Source of the DNA: the human T2T-CHM13v2.0 reference genome, Homo sapiens
Assembly (NCBI RefSeq): GCF_009914755.1
Contig: NC_060936.1
DNA length: 64,000 bases
Strand: one strand, 5' to 3'
Under the pieces are notes generated by a model. It made no database searches, was not told the DNA's origin, and saw only the letters and a list, made by a program, of their open reading frames with translations. A program made the position numbers and the translations under genes. Below, piece after piece: positions 28,818-42,479 of the stretch. Each line of letters opens with the position of its first letter. The stretch's first letter is position 1.

Positions 28818-29466
28818 TCCCTACCACATTTCCATGCGAGTGAGAGATAATAAGAGTCAGTGGATAAGAGAAACCTAAAAGAAGTGCTATACAAATACAA
28901 GGGCATATTGTATTGACCTAGGGAGGGACAGGCACTCCAAAACGAGCTTTTTATAAAGCCAGTCCAACCCTTGAAAAGTGTTGAGGATAGTCATGTCTAA
29001 CCCACAGGAGAAGGATGAAGCAAAGCTTCAGGGTATTATTTATGCAATTTTCCAAAATGAAACTAAGAACATGAATAGAGTCAGCTTTATGAAAAGACTA
29101 ACAAAAACAGAAAAGCCCTACACCTATACTAGTCAGAATCTATATTCAAATTGTGAGCAAAACACTAGATATGTTTGAAGCATAAACATGTCTCAAGGAG
29201 ACAATCTGGAATGAGCATAGCTACTTACTCCATAGTATCCCAGCAGCCTAAAGCATGAATCAGTTTCCAAGAGACCAGTCTTACATTGCTTAAGCAGCAA
29301 GATCTGATCTAAGAGCTTGCCATATTTTTAAAATTCCTCAATTCCATATTAGGATATATGTGTACTTTACCAATTTCATTTAAAAATTTTAAAATACCAA
29401 TTTCCATGTGTGACAAAATGTAAAACAAGTAAAAATTATTTCACCAACCTTATGGTTTGGTATTTA

Positions 29467-29676
<210 letters not shown>

Positions 29677-29765
29677 CTAAAAAATAAAGTTAATGATATT
29701 TCTTATATGCTATGTGTAATATTGTGTTTTAATGTTTATTATATTAAATACTAAATAAAAATTAC

Positions 29766-29811
29766 CTCATCATCAGAGTCAACAAGGCTTCCCAAATCAA
29801 GTCGTGGGACC
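29766..29811 (-). CDS. CAPS2: CAPS2 exon (VPRLDLGSLVDSDDE)
   Basis: Acceptor TCTTTCAG, donor GAG|GTAAT, 46 nt, phase 2 to 0. Followed by an 89-nt intron. Confidence 0.93.
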
Positions 29812-29910
29812 CTGAAAGACATAATCTATGTATCCCGTAACTTTTTAACATGAAACTTTAATAAATGCAAATCTTATATGTTACATGTTTTATAAATAGG
29901 TACACTGAAA

Positions 29911-31093
<1,183 letters not shown>

Positions 31094-31827
31094 GACACAG
31101 CCATTGTTACTTACTCGATATCTTGGATCTAGTGCTTGCACCTAACTCTATTCTTTATGTCAAGATGAGCATACAGGTAATCTATCACACAGAACCACAT
31201 AAATGTTGATGTTTATTCATTTTGATCTTCAGAAATGTCAATATTGTGTGGTTCAGCTTAGTAAATTACTAAGTTTTTAATTTCTATTTTTAAAAAAGCT
31301 CTGTAATCTAAAATACTTGAAAGAATATAAAAATTATATTATTCCAAATTTTAAAAGTCAAAATAACATGCAACATAAAACATAAATTAATATACTCTAA
31401 ACCAAAAATAAAATAATTTTAAGATTCATAAAATTGTCATACTCCTCAAAATTAAAGCACAGACATAATTATCCTTAAATTGATGCCAACTAAATGAATT
31501 ATACAAGGATAAAAATTTACACATCTCTTTAATGAATGCATATAGCTGAATTTTCCAAATAAACAAATATTTTCACTTTTTCAGGAAAATGTAAAACATA
31601 TTAAGGAAAATAAAAAACCAAAGAAGTATTACCTATAATTCTACCATCTTATCACAACAGCTATTTTAATTTTGGTATAGTAATTTTCAGGCTATCCATA
31701 TGCATATAGATTTTTCTGTGGTTCACAATCATAGCTACATTTATAATTTTGCTTTGTTTTTTAACTAGTCAATGTATGTTATATATGTGCCCATTAAACA
31801 GTCCAAATGTGAAGAAACGTAACTTAC

Positions 31828-31877
31828 ACTGGTGGGCAAGAATTCTGGTTTGTCCATGACTCAGAAGTCCACCTTTG
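31828..31877 (-). CDS. CAPS2: CAPS2 exon (QRWTSESWTNQNSCPPV)
   Basis: AG acceptor after a poly-T run, donor GTAAGT, 50 nt, phase 0 to 2. Confidence 0.92.
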
Positions 31878-32964
31878 CTTTAATTAAAAAAAAAACTTTT
31901 TGAATCAGTATAAATATGAATATACCCTTTATACTTTAAGAGATACACAATAAGTCAATGCAATAAAGCTAATTATAATTTTTCTCAGTAAATTCTATAT
32001 AATAAATACTTATTAAGCCCCTTCCTACTGTGCTTGAGACACAGATAAAAAGGCAAGTAAGACAGATAATCCCTAACCACATAGCACTCTGCTGGAGAAG
32101 ACTTTCTCTCAAATAAACAATAATGGGAAAAAAAAGTCTATAACAGAGCAACTACATAGCAGTATGCCCAACCTACTCTAGGGAATTTAGGAAGCTTGTT
32201 TTTTTTTGTTTGTTTTTTTGTTTGTTTGTTTTGTTTTTTTCTTAAGGCAACCTTTAACAGGAGTTCTGAAAGATGAGGAGGAGTTAGCTAGATGAAAAGA
32301 GAAGAAAGAAAATTGGTTCAGCTAGGAAACAACTTGTACTGCACAGGCCTCCAGATAAGAGTTAGCATTTGGAAAGGGGTAAAATCCAGAGTGTGAGGGG
32401 GGGTAGGGCCAAGCTGTTACATTATAGTACAAGTTAGGGAACTTAGACCTTGTTTTTAAGGTAATGGGAAGACAGTGAAGGGTTTGACAAAGAAAGTAAC
32501 AAACATGTATGTGTTTGTAAACATTCAATCTTATTGCCAAAAAAACTGCAAGTCATAAAAATTACAGCAAGCTTAGCCACCATGAAATAGAAGATATATA
32601 TGAGTCTTAGGAAAACTTCAAGTTAATGAAAATAGAAAATAATTCACCCATCAGCACTTATACCCTATTTCTGAAATGTTATCTGACTTGTGCTTTTTTT
32701 GTGATATTAGTAGCAACCGTAAAAATTCCATTCTACTATTTTTCTTTTTTTATATTTTCCTTAAACAAATATTCTTAAATAACAATAATAATACAATAAG
32801 TTTAATTTTAAAAAATAAAACTAATTCAAGCAGTGGCAATTTTTCAAGTAATCATTATCTTCAATTTTGGTGGTTCCATTCTTCAAATCTAGGAAATGTT
32901 GATCCTAAATATCTGTGAATATAAGTAGTCATAAAACATGAAGAAAAGGTAAAAAAATTATTTA

Positions 32965-33153
<189 letters not shown>

Positions 33154-33279
33154 TTACTCTAATTTTAAATAAGTCATACAAATTACCTAACAAGTCTACC
33201 TGGAAAGAAATCATAAGGTTAATCACTTCTAGTGCTTTTACCAATATCAACTTTTTATAGGGCAATTACATTATGACCT

Positions 33280-33775
33280 GTGTTAGTATGAATAATGGGC
33301 CCCCAAAGAAGGCCATCTCTTAATCCTCAGACCCTGTAAATATACCACCTTACATGGCAAAAAGGACTTCAGATGTGTTTGAATTAAGAATTTTAAGATG
33401 GGGAGATTATCCTGGATTCTTTGGTGGGCTCAGTGTAACCACCAGAATCCTTGTAAGAGGGAAGCAAGAAGAACAGAGTGAGACAGAGAAGATGTAAGGA
33501 TGGAAGCATAGGTCAGAGAGAGGTGAAGATGCTAGGCATTCTGGTTCTGAAGATGGAGGAAGAGGTCATGAGCAGCCTCCTGAAGGCAGAAGAGGCAAGG
33601 AATGGATTTTCCTATGGCGCTTCCAGAAAGAACCTGCCCTGTTGACAGCTCGATTTTAGCCCCTTAAGACTAATGTTGTACTTCTGACCTCCAGAACTAT
33701 AAAATAATAAATTTATGTTGTTTTAAACCACTAAGTTTAAATAAATTTTTAGAGCAACAATAGAAAACTAATGCA
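33280..33775 (+). mobile_element. MLT1 (C/D-like) solo LTR
   Basis: CCCCCAAAGA, ACCTTACATGGCAAAAAGGACTT, and end GCAACAATAGAAAACTAATGCA. Confidence 0.82.
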
Positions 33776-36421
33776 TCTCCCTCTTCTCTAATACCACCAT
33801 GACATATACATTTATTTCCTTTACTCATTTCCCAAACCTTTATGAGTTTTGGTTTTGCCAGAGTAGGCTGATGAAAATATTTTTAACAAGCAGTATTCTT
33901 CATCTAGAACAAAGAATAAAATGGAGTGAATGGTCCAATTAGTAATAATGTGGTGATTGGTAAAAATGCTAACAAAAGGATATTGAAAGTAATCAACTTG
34001 CAAATATGTACAAAATAAAAATCAAATGAATATATTTCATTGAAATTTTTTATATTTTATACTTCACCTTTATATTACCAAGGATAATTTTACATTTAAA
34101 TATTTATCCATACTTTTTCTATAGTCTTAGATTTATTTTAATAGTAAATTATTTCCGTTTTGTTTTTTAAAGGAAAGATAGCATGGCATCCTGCCAGCTT
34201 GGAATTAGACAGACATACATTGTAATCCTGATTTTTGCCATTTTCTTATAATTTAAGTTTGAGTAAAAACTTAATCTCTATGAACCAATGTTTCTATGTA
34301 ATATGTAAAATGAATTTAATGTTAGTAATTTTCCTGGTGGAATAATGTAACATTCAATAAACGGTAGCCATCATTATTATTACAATATACTTTATTTATT
34401 AAAATTAAGTATATTTATTAAAATTATTAAAATATACTTTATTTATAAAATTAATAAAATATATTATTAAAATGTACTTTTATTTCATGCCCAGTGAAAG
34501 ATATCCCAATTCCTTACTAATTTATCTACATGGTTCTCTTCACCCCATCCCTAGAGCTTCTTCCTCTAAAAATTCCTTGCCATAAGCTTGGAACTCCACT
34601 CTAAAGTCAAGGAGACTTATCAACCAATAGTAAACATATTCTGAAAAAAAAATACAAATCATTAGATTCAAAAATTCTCCTATAGCACTACAGATGGCTT
34701 TCTTTCCAGAGCTATTTTTCACAAAGAAGCAACTTTTAAAAGTTGCTGTTGTTTTGTTTTGGAGGCCAGGGTTGGGTTGGTTGTTTAATCACACAAATTA
34801 TTGTATTCGCGATGATGATTTCTGGCTAACAAACCCAAGTTGAGATAAGGACGCTGAACAATCAGCAAAGTGATTTTCTCCACACATCAGTCTCTCAATT
34901 ATTTATATCCTAGTAACATTTATAGCTATTTCAAATCACTATAGGTCATTTCAAATCAGTATAATTTATTTGCAAATTTAAAAAGCGGCAACATGTAAAT
35001 CCTCAAATGTCCAGGTCCTCCCAGTTCCTGTACTTCCCCAGTCAGGACAGTCTTCACTCTTCACTGTCATTAGATTTTCTTTCCCCTAATAAACAGTCAA
35101 GACCAAGAAGGTTGGCGTCTCCCACCCTTAACAAAGCATGGGTAGTAAATATTTTGTTAATAAGTAAATTAATGTATAGCAAAATACATGTATACATTTT
35201 ACACATATTCTTAGATTCCTTTCTCTGCATCTAACTGTAACATAATCACAATGCCAACATACAAATTCTGTCTTCAATTAGATAAGATGTTTAAAGCATT
35301 GCATTATAGCTATTAGTCTTTAATGCTAGACTGTAAGCCTCATATTTGCTCACCCTATGTCTCAGGATTTAGAAAGCCCACAATGTAGTAGGAACTTAAC
35401 AAATGTTTGTTAAATAAGTGAAGTCAGTCAATTCGGAATGACAAAACACAAAAGTGGTTAACTTAGATATAGTAAGAGTATTCAAAGGGCAATGCCGTCA
35501 TACATGGAACACTTTCGGATCTATGGAATTAGAGCAGTCAGGCAACTGACACCCTATGTAGATAATTTTAAGATTTTGACAGGGCTTCAAAGACAAAAAC
35601 AGCTCAACCTTCTGATCTTCAAACCGAGCCAGCTGAGATCCAGAAAAGTGAACTGTACTTCGCTAAATGTTTGCCAGTTATTGCAGACCCGAATTCACAC
35701 GTGGGTTTCAGATCTCTTTTCAGTACTACATCCTCACTGGTAAAGGTAATAGAAGAATTCGAGGGGAATGAGCTGTAGGGACTAAAAAATTAGAAACCTA
35801 AACTTGGTGGCACAAGAATCAGCAAACAACTGGCTGTGAGTGAATCTTTGAAACCTATGCCAAGGGTTGTCTTTGTCATTAAGCACTGAATATCCAGCTG
35901 GGCTATGTTGGAGATAGGGAGTAGCAAAAGGAAGGGAAAGCACTTCTAAATGGCTTCTGTCCCCACTTAAATGGCTGCATGTCATGAGATGATATTGCTA
36001 GCATATAATAAATACTGTTGGCTAATGTCTTTAGTGCTACCAAAAATAACTGAACACACTTCCCATTTCCCTCATTTTTTTTTTAAGGATGACTATTTCC
36101 ACTTCCAATTATTATCACTTCTCTCGGTAGTAATATTACTGGCTATTATGTTACTTATATCAAATCAGAAAAAAATGAAAAGCAAAAAATAAACTGATTT
36201 AATTCAGCCCATAAATAAGAAAAAAAGAAAGAGATGTAAATACAATTTAGTATTTAAGCTACATGAAGGTAGGGACCAAGTCTATGTTGATCCCAGACGA
36301 CTACAGACCCAGATATCTGAATTGAAACTTAGGTCATTCCTAATTTCAAGCAAAACAGGGTAATATCTCCTTTCACCCCATCACTCCCCCTGCTCCCAAA
36401 TTATATTATAATTCAGAGCAC

Positions 36422-36449
36422 CTGCAGTGTAGCAGAAGGAATTCCCCAT
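36422..36449 (-). CDS. CAPS2: CAPS2 first coding exon (MGNSFCYTA + 1 nt)
   Basis: ATG at 36449-36447. Donor CAG|GTGCTC is phase 1 and joins the 33116 exon in frame (G|TA = Val). Matches the recalled CAPS2 N-terminus [17 protein letters not shown]. Confidence 0.85.
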
Positions 36450-36569
36450 CCCCTACCTAACTGGGATTCCTGGACAGGACAGGCGAGGGGCACAAGAGAC
36501 AGTCAGCCTGATTTCACCTAACAAGCTCGGTAAGAAGAGGTCCAGAGTTAGAAGAGTTGGAAAAGGTAT

Positions 36570-37030
36570 AAACTAGCGCGATTCCTCCAAAAACCGCATT
36601 CAGAAAGCTTTAGACAGGACAGTCTAGACAGTCCAGGCCCGCGTCTGCAGGTTGCCCGGCAACAGGCGCCGCAGCGCAGGGCTTCTGATTACACTCTGAC
36701 CTCCAGGGACGAAAAGGTCGTCGGCCCAAGTCCCTTGTTCGTTCTACGCCACCTCCCGCCCCCGCCAATCTGCCTCCTCAGTTCCGCTGCCTGGCTGACC
36801 GGAACTGAGCTTGTGGCCGGAGACCCCGCCACGCTCTCAGAAGTACTTGCTGGCTGGAAAACCCAAAGGGGTGAAACCTCAGCTACAGCCGCCGCAGCCT
36901 CCCAGGGAACCGGCTCCGCGGCGCCCCTAAACCCCGGCGAGGAGCCGGAGCGGACTCACTCACCCGCGCTTCTCCTGAGCAGGGAAAGGGCCAAAGCCCG
37001 GCCCGGATCCACGGCGGTTGTTGTGTAATT
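36570..37030 (-). promoter_or_regulatory. CAPS2 CpG-island promoter with a probable alternative non-coding first exon (donor at 36963)
   Basis: GC/CpG-rich block in an AT-rich background. Contains GC boxes (CCCGCCCCCGCC ~36755-36766), a CCAAT box and a minus-strand donor CGG|GTGAGT. Confidence 0.8.
36651..36663. promoter_or_regulatory. RFX X-box (GTTGCCCGGCAAC)
   Basis: Palindromic match to the X-box consensus GTTGCC-N(0-3)-GGCAAC inside the CAPS2 CpG island. Confidence 0.75.
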
Positions 37031-37347
37031 CTTTGTCTAATTGAATTCTGTTTAACATATTTCATAAGGCACCTGTCTGTGCACAGAGCCCAGAATGACG
37101 TTTTGAGGAGAAGAAATTTAAGCATATGCTACAATATCTGCTCTCAAGGAGCTTGCACTTATTTTTTTTAAAGACTGTAATATATTATATAGAGATACAT
37201 AGATATTAGACATGGATATTACTTTAAATTTGTGTGACTATGTACATATAGATGATTACATGAATAATTGCATATATATGTATGTGTATTTGTGTGTGTA
37301 TATATAATTAAAATTTAAAATGATGTGTGGAAAGGGCAAAGGCCTAG

Positions 37348-37674
<327 letters not shown>

Positions 37675-38115
37675 TAAATATTTTTATGTATGCTCTGTAC
37701 ACAATATCTTGGCATCAACTCCTCATCTATAAAGGGAAAAAGCTGGTTTGAGATAATTCCAAGGATCCACTCCACTCTAATATGCACTAACTTTCCTAAA
37801 TTACACAGCCAAGAGTCAGATATTCAAATTAGAAGTAAGAGTTTATGAAAGTTAATCCAGTTCTTTCATAATCATGTTTTTCTAATCTGCAGTAACTTTT
37901 CAAAATTAGCTCCCCTCAGAATGTATGTATCAAAACGTGAATATTTCCAGTATTTCCTGGTGCAAATTTGGGAGTAAAAATACAAATAAATTTTTAAAGT
38001 ATAAAAATAGTGAAGGAAATGAGGTATAATGTAATCACTCTGTATTTTTCTGCTGCACTCCATAAAATTCATCTATCCATTACCCCCACATAGAAAGAAA
38101 AGCAAAAATAAATAG

Positions 38116-38452
<337 letters not shown>

Positions 38453-39756
38453 TAAATTTAACTTTTAAAAAGTTATAAAAGAACTTAAAAATTCTGGTGC
38501 ACCAACTAACCTTGGCCATTCCAGAAATAGATGTTCAAGAAAATAACATTAGGACATGCACTTGTTGATTCCTGGCAATTAGACTTTTTACACCTAAATT
38601 GTTTTAGTATTTCTGAATATAGCTGTCTAAGCCATTGGGAACATGATCTAAAAAACATAATGTATACAATTCAGACATTTTATTAAAAACGTCTCTTAGA
38701 AGAGCAATAATCTTGGATTATGTTTGACTATATATACTCTACTTTTGCCAATCTTTAAATTCATTACTCTATGAAATTTCTGTTGTTGTTACAGGCAGTT
38801 AATTTCTCTATACACTAAATGAAACTAAATTAGCTATCTGTTAACCTTTATCCCTATTAACCTTATCCCTATCAACCTTTACTGTTTTGCAGTTCCAAAA
38901 GAGTTTGCATTTGAAGCTCAACTTTAAATTTTCATTTACTTGATCATTCATTAATGCAGCCAACATTCACTGAGTACCTACTACTTGAAAATATTTTACT
39001 TTATCTTTGTATTTATTTGTTCATTCAGCCACTTATGTATTTGACAAACATCCACTGAACACCTTCTATCTTCAAATATACCCAGTGTTAGAAAAAGTGA
39101 AATATATAAGCTTACCCAGCATTTCCTTTTATGTGATTAAGTCAAAAATATTTATTGAGCCCCTCATATGTATATATACATATATATAACAATTAAAATA
39201 TAGTTTCTGCTCTCAAGAAGCTTACAGTTGTATACAACATTATTAGAAAGTTAAAGAGAACTCATTTATTTATTCGACCAATTTTTATTGAGAGCCTAAA
39301 GATTCAGTTCCTGTTCAAGGTGCTAGAGATGTAGCAATGAAGAAAACAAAGCTACTGTTGTGGTGAAGGCTACAATCTGATAGAGAAGGCAGATGTTAAA
39401 AAAATAAATAACATAAATTCAGGAGGTAATTAATGCAATGAAGAAAAATAAAACAGGTTAAATGGATAGGCACTGACAGACAGGGGATATAGAATGATCA
39501 GGGAAGACTTCACTGAAGGGAACTCTATAAAGAGCACTGCAGGCAAAAGTAACAGCAAGTGCAAAGATGCTGAGGAGAGAGCATCCTTATCAAGCTGATG
39601 GATGTGGCTGATGCAGAATAAGCCAGGAGAGAATGCCAGAGAACTAGCCATGGTCAGATTATGTAGTGTCTTTTGGGCCATACCTAGGACTTCAGATTTT
39701 TTATTGTAGCCCCCCACTGTAAGGTGAGCCAATTCCTTAAAAGTTCTCTTTCTCTT

Positions 39757-40070
39757 TGTATACAAACATATGTATATGTATATATGCCTATAGACATCTG
39801 TATCTCTCTCTGTGTAGATGTATATATGTCTATAGGCAGACACACACACATATATATGTGTATACAAACAGATTTATACATAGAGAGAACTTTACATATA
39901 TAAATGTATGTGTGTATATGTATGTGTGTATATGCCTATAGATATCTTTATGTCCAGGAAGAGACATATATATATAGACACATGTAGATGTATATAACTG
40001 TATTGATTTATCTATCTGTATACCTACACACACACATATACACACACACACACACGTATATATGTTCATG
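39757..40070. repeat. (TA)/(TG)/(CA) low-complexity dinucleotide tract
   Basis: Directly visible alternating purine-pyrimidine repeats. Confidence 0.9.
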
Positions 40071-41009
40071 TCTTTGGGTGTGGGATATCAGAAGCTCAGT
40101 TTGGACTATGTATGTGATATGAAAGTAGTATATACAGCAATTCTCCATTAGCTGGTAGTAGACTAGAAATATATTATCTATTGCCCAGTAGAATTTCCAT
40201 TAGGATCCTTGCATTTTTCGTTTTCTTATAATCTAATTTTCTGCTTTTTATTTTTAAAAAGATAGTAGCTGCATCAAAGTAGTTTGTTTTGGTTTTTGTT
40301 TTTTGTGTCAAGGTTGACTATGGCGGATCATTCAGCAGATGTAAGTACGTGTTCACTTGAATTAAACAGCATTGTAAACAACTTCAAATTACTAAGTAAA
40401 GGTATTTATTTGAAACATAGAAATACTAAAAAAAATTAATGTCATGGGGAAAAATGCTGGTTTATTACAGAATATCAATATAACTGATGTAATGAATTTA
40501 AAACATTAAGCCAAATGACGTTGATTTATATTGCATTGCAGGTAAAATAGACAATCAAATGTACTCTGTCCATCCCAGTCTCAGTGTATCAATTAAAGCA
40601 ACTCTTGGAGTCTACCAGTCACCATACAGTGGCTCTGTTCCAAACTATCAAAAAGGGAAGATTTTGTCAAGAGGAACTACTTGGCTACATTTTCCAGGCA
40701 TCTATTGTTATCTATCTAAGCATTCGGTCTCTTCAGACGAAAAAACAGAAGGAAATTATTAAATGTTTGACAAGTTGATAATTTAGGATCACTGTATGTC
40801 ACTGTATAAGAATTGCCTATTCTTACTCTATTCCCAATCTCTGAGGGAAGTGGCAATATGATTCTAGATTATTTAGAACAATAAAAATCTATACACGGAA
40901 GCTGCGTCTAAGAAACGAATATATAGTGCTTTGCACTCGACTGGCCCATTGTCAGCATCCCGCACTTGTTCTTTACCTAACTTGTGTGGCTTGCATATTG
41001 CAATCTGTA

Positions 41010-41320
41010 TTACAATCCAGACGCGCTCTGCAGATTACAGATTGGATCCACAGAAAGCAGTTTGGATGGTTGAAATTCCCTCCACCAGAGGGCGACTCAG
41101 AGCTTTCCCCTGTAGCTCAGAGCTTTGTGGAAGGGGAACCCTGCTGCCTGTTCTTCCCCACAGCGACACTGACAAGTTGATCCAGCCGCGCTGGGCTCGA
41201 GCCTGTGCGGCAGGATGGAGCCAAGGGAGAGCGTGGTGCGGGGGCGTGGGGAAATCGGGTTGCCCCAGCCGTTACTGGTCCGCGCAGTCAGGGCATCCTC
41301 CGCATCCTCCACATCCTTCC
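41010..41320 (+). promoter_or_regulatory. GLIPR1L1 promoter / 5' UTR (CpG-enriched)
   Basis: Reverse CCAAT (ATTGG, 41041-41045), GC box GGGGCGTGG (41241-41249), MYB-type CCGTTA (41269-41274), and CpG enrichment just upstream of the ATG. Confidence 0.65.
41082..41094 (+). promoter_or_regulatory. CTCF core motif (CCACCAGAGGGCG)
   Basis: Close match to the CTCF consensus CCASYAGRKGGCR. Confidence 0.6.
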
Positions 41321-41494
41321 ATGGCTCTGAAGAATAAATTCAGTTGTTTATGGATCTTGGGTCTGTGTTTGGTAGCCACTACATCTTCCAAAATCCCATC
41401 CATCACTGACCCACACTTTATAGACAACTGCATAGAAGCCCACAACGAATGGCGTGGCAAAGTCAACCCTCCCGCGGCCGACATGAAATACATG
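41321..41494 (+). CDS. GLIPR1L1: GLIPR1L1 exon 1: signal peptide and start of the CAP/SCP domain (MALKNKFSCLWILGLCLV...HNEWRGKVNPPAADMKYM)
   Basis: Hydrophobic leader, the CAP HNxxR...PPAADM motif, donor ATG|GTGAGA, 174 nt, phase 0. Confidence 0.96.
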
Positions 41495-42479
41495 GTGAGA
41501 AAGAACCAGGGCTGGGCTCTTAAATCCCTGACTCATCCTGAGGTATCTGGGTGATAAATTTCACGGACTTAACTTGTACTAATTCAATCCGGACTTTACA
41601 TATATGCAGTTAAAAAGAAAAAAATTCACACCTTGGTTGGGCTGTCTCCTCCAGAGTCATAGGAGTGAACAAGAAAGGAAGACTTGAAGCTGTTCCTTGC
41701 CTCTTGCGGGGAAGGTGGGGATGCTGGAGCAGTGTTTGGAAGTTGCTTTGTTGCACCACTAAAGTTATAAGTACTGAACACAGGATTATTTTGTTTTCTT
41801 TCTTCCATTTTTTAGCTAGCAATTTCCACCCCCCACAACCAAGATACAAGATACCAAAGAAATAGCCCAGGAATGGAGATTCTCTTGTTCTCTTACTTAT
41901 TTTTATATCATATGAATCCAAGATCAAAACAACACTTCATGTGTAGTATTATTTGAAAAAAATACAGTACTCTATTGAAGAATAAGCATAAAAAGCATTG
42001 GATTATTAAATAATCCATAGAATTTACAAAATTTTAAATACTTGACTATGAATTGTATGATTGGAAATTTCCCTTGCATTGTAACTTTTTCTTGTTTATA
42101 AATGCATCACTATGAGCATAAACGTTGATAGTATTAGTCTATTTTATGTGCTATGCAGATGTAGATACAGTATAACTCATATCTATTCCAGCTTTCTTCT
42201 TTTCTATCCAGTGGAAAACAAAAGTAATTATAAAATCACAACTCAGGCATTAAAATAAGTTCAAAACTGTACTAGTCTACTGTATAAGAAAATTATATTT
42301 TGATGGAGAAAGATTCAAATATGTATCAGAAATGAAACAAGAATAAACTAATCTCTTTAATGCAGAATTGTTAAGATATTTTAATATATAATGTTTACCA
42401 GCTTGGGGTTGTCCAAGGCATAAATTAACTAGAAATAAATCTTCAACGGAATTCAGAAATACTAATATTAGTATTAATA

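Noticed and set aside
39430-40069. ORFs rich in Y/I/C/V/T/H
   Set aside because: Artefacts of TA/TG/CA dinucleotide repeats.
40931-41554. 207-aa ORF as a single-exon gene
   Set aside because: It starts at TTG and reads through the exon-1 donor. Only 41321-41494 is supported as coding.
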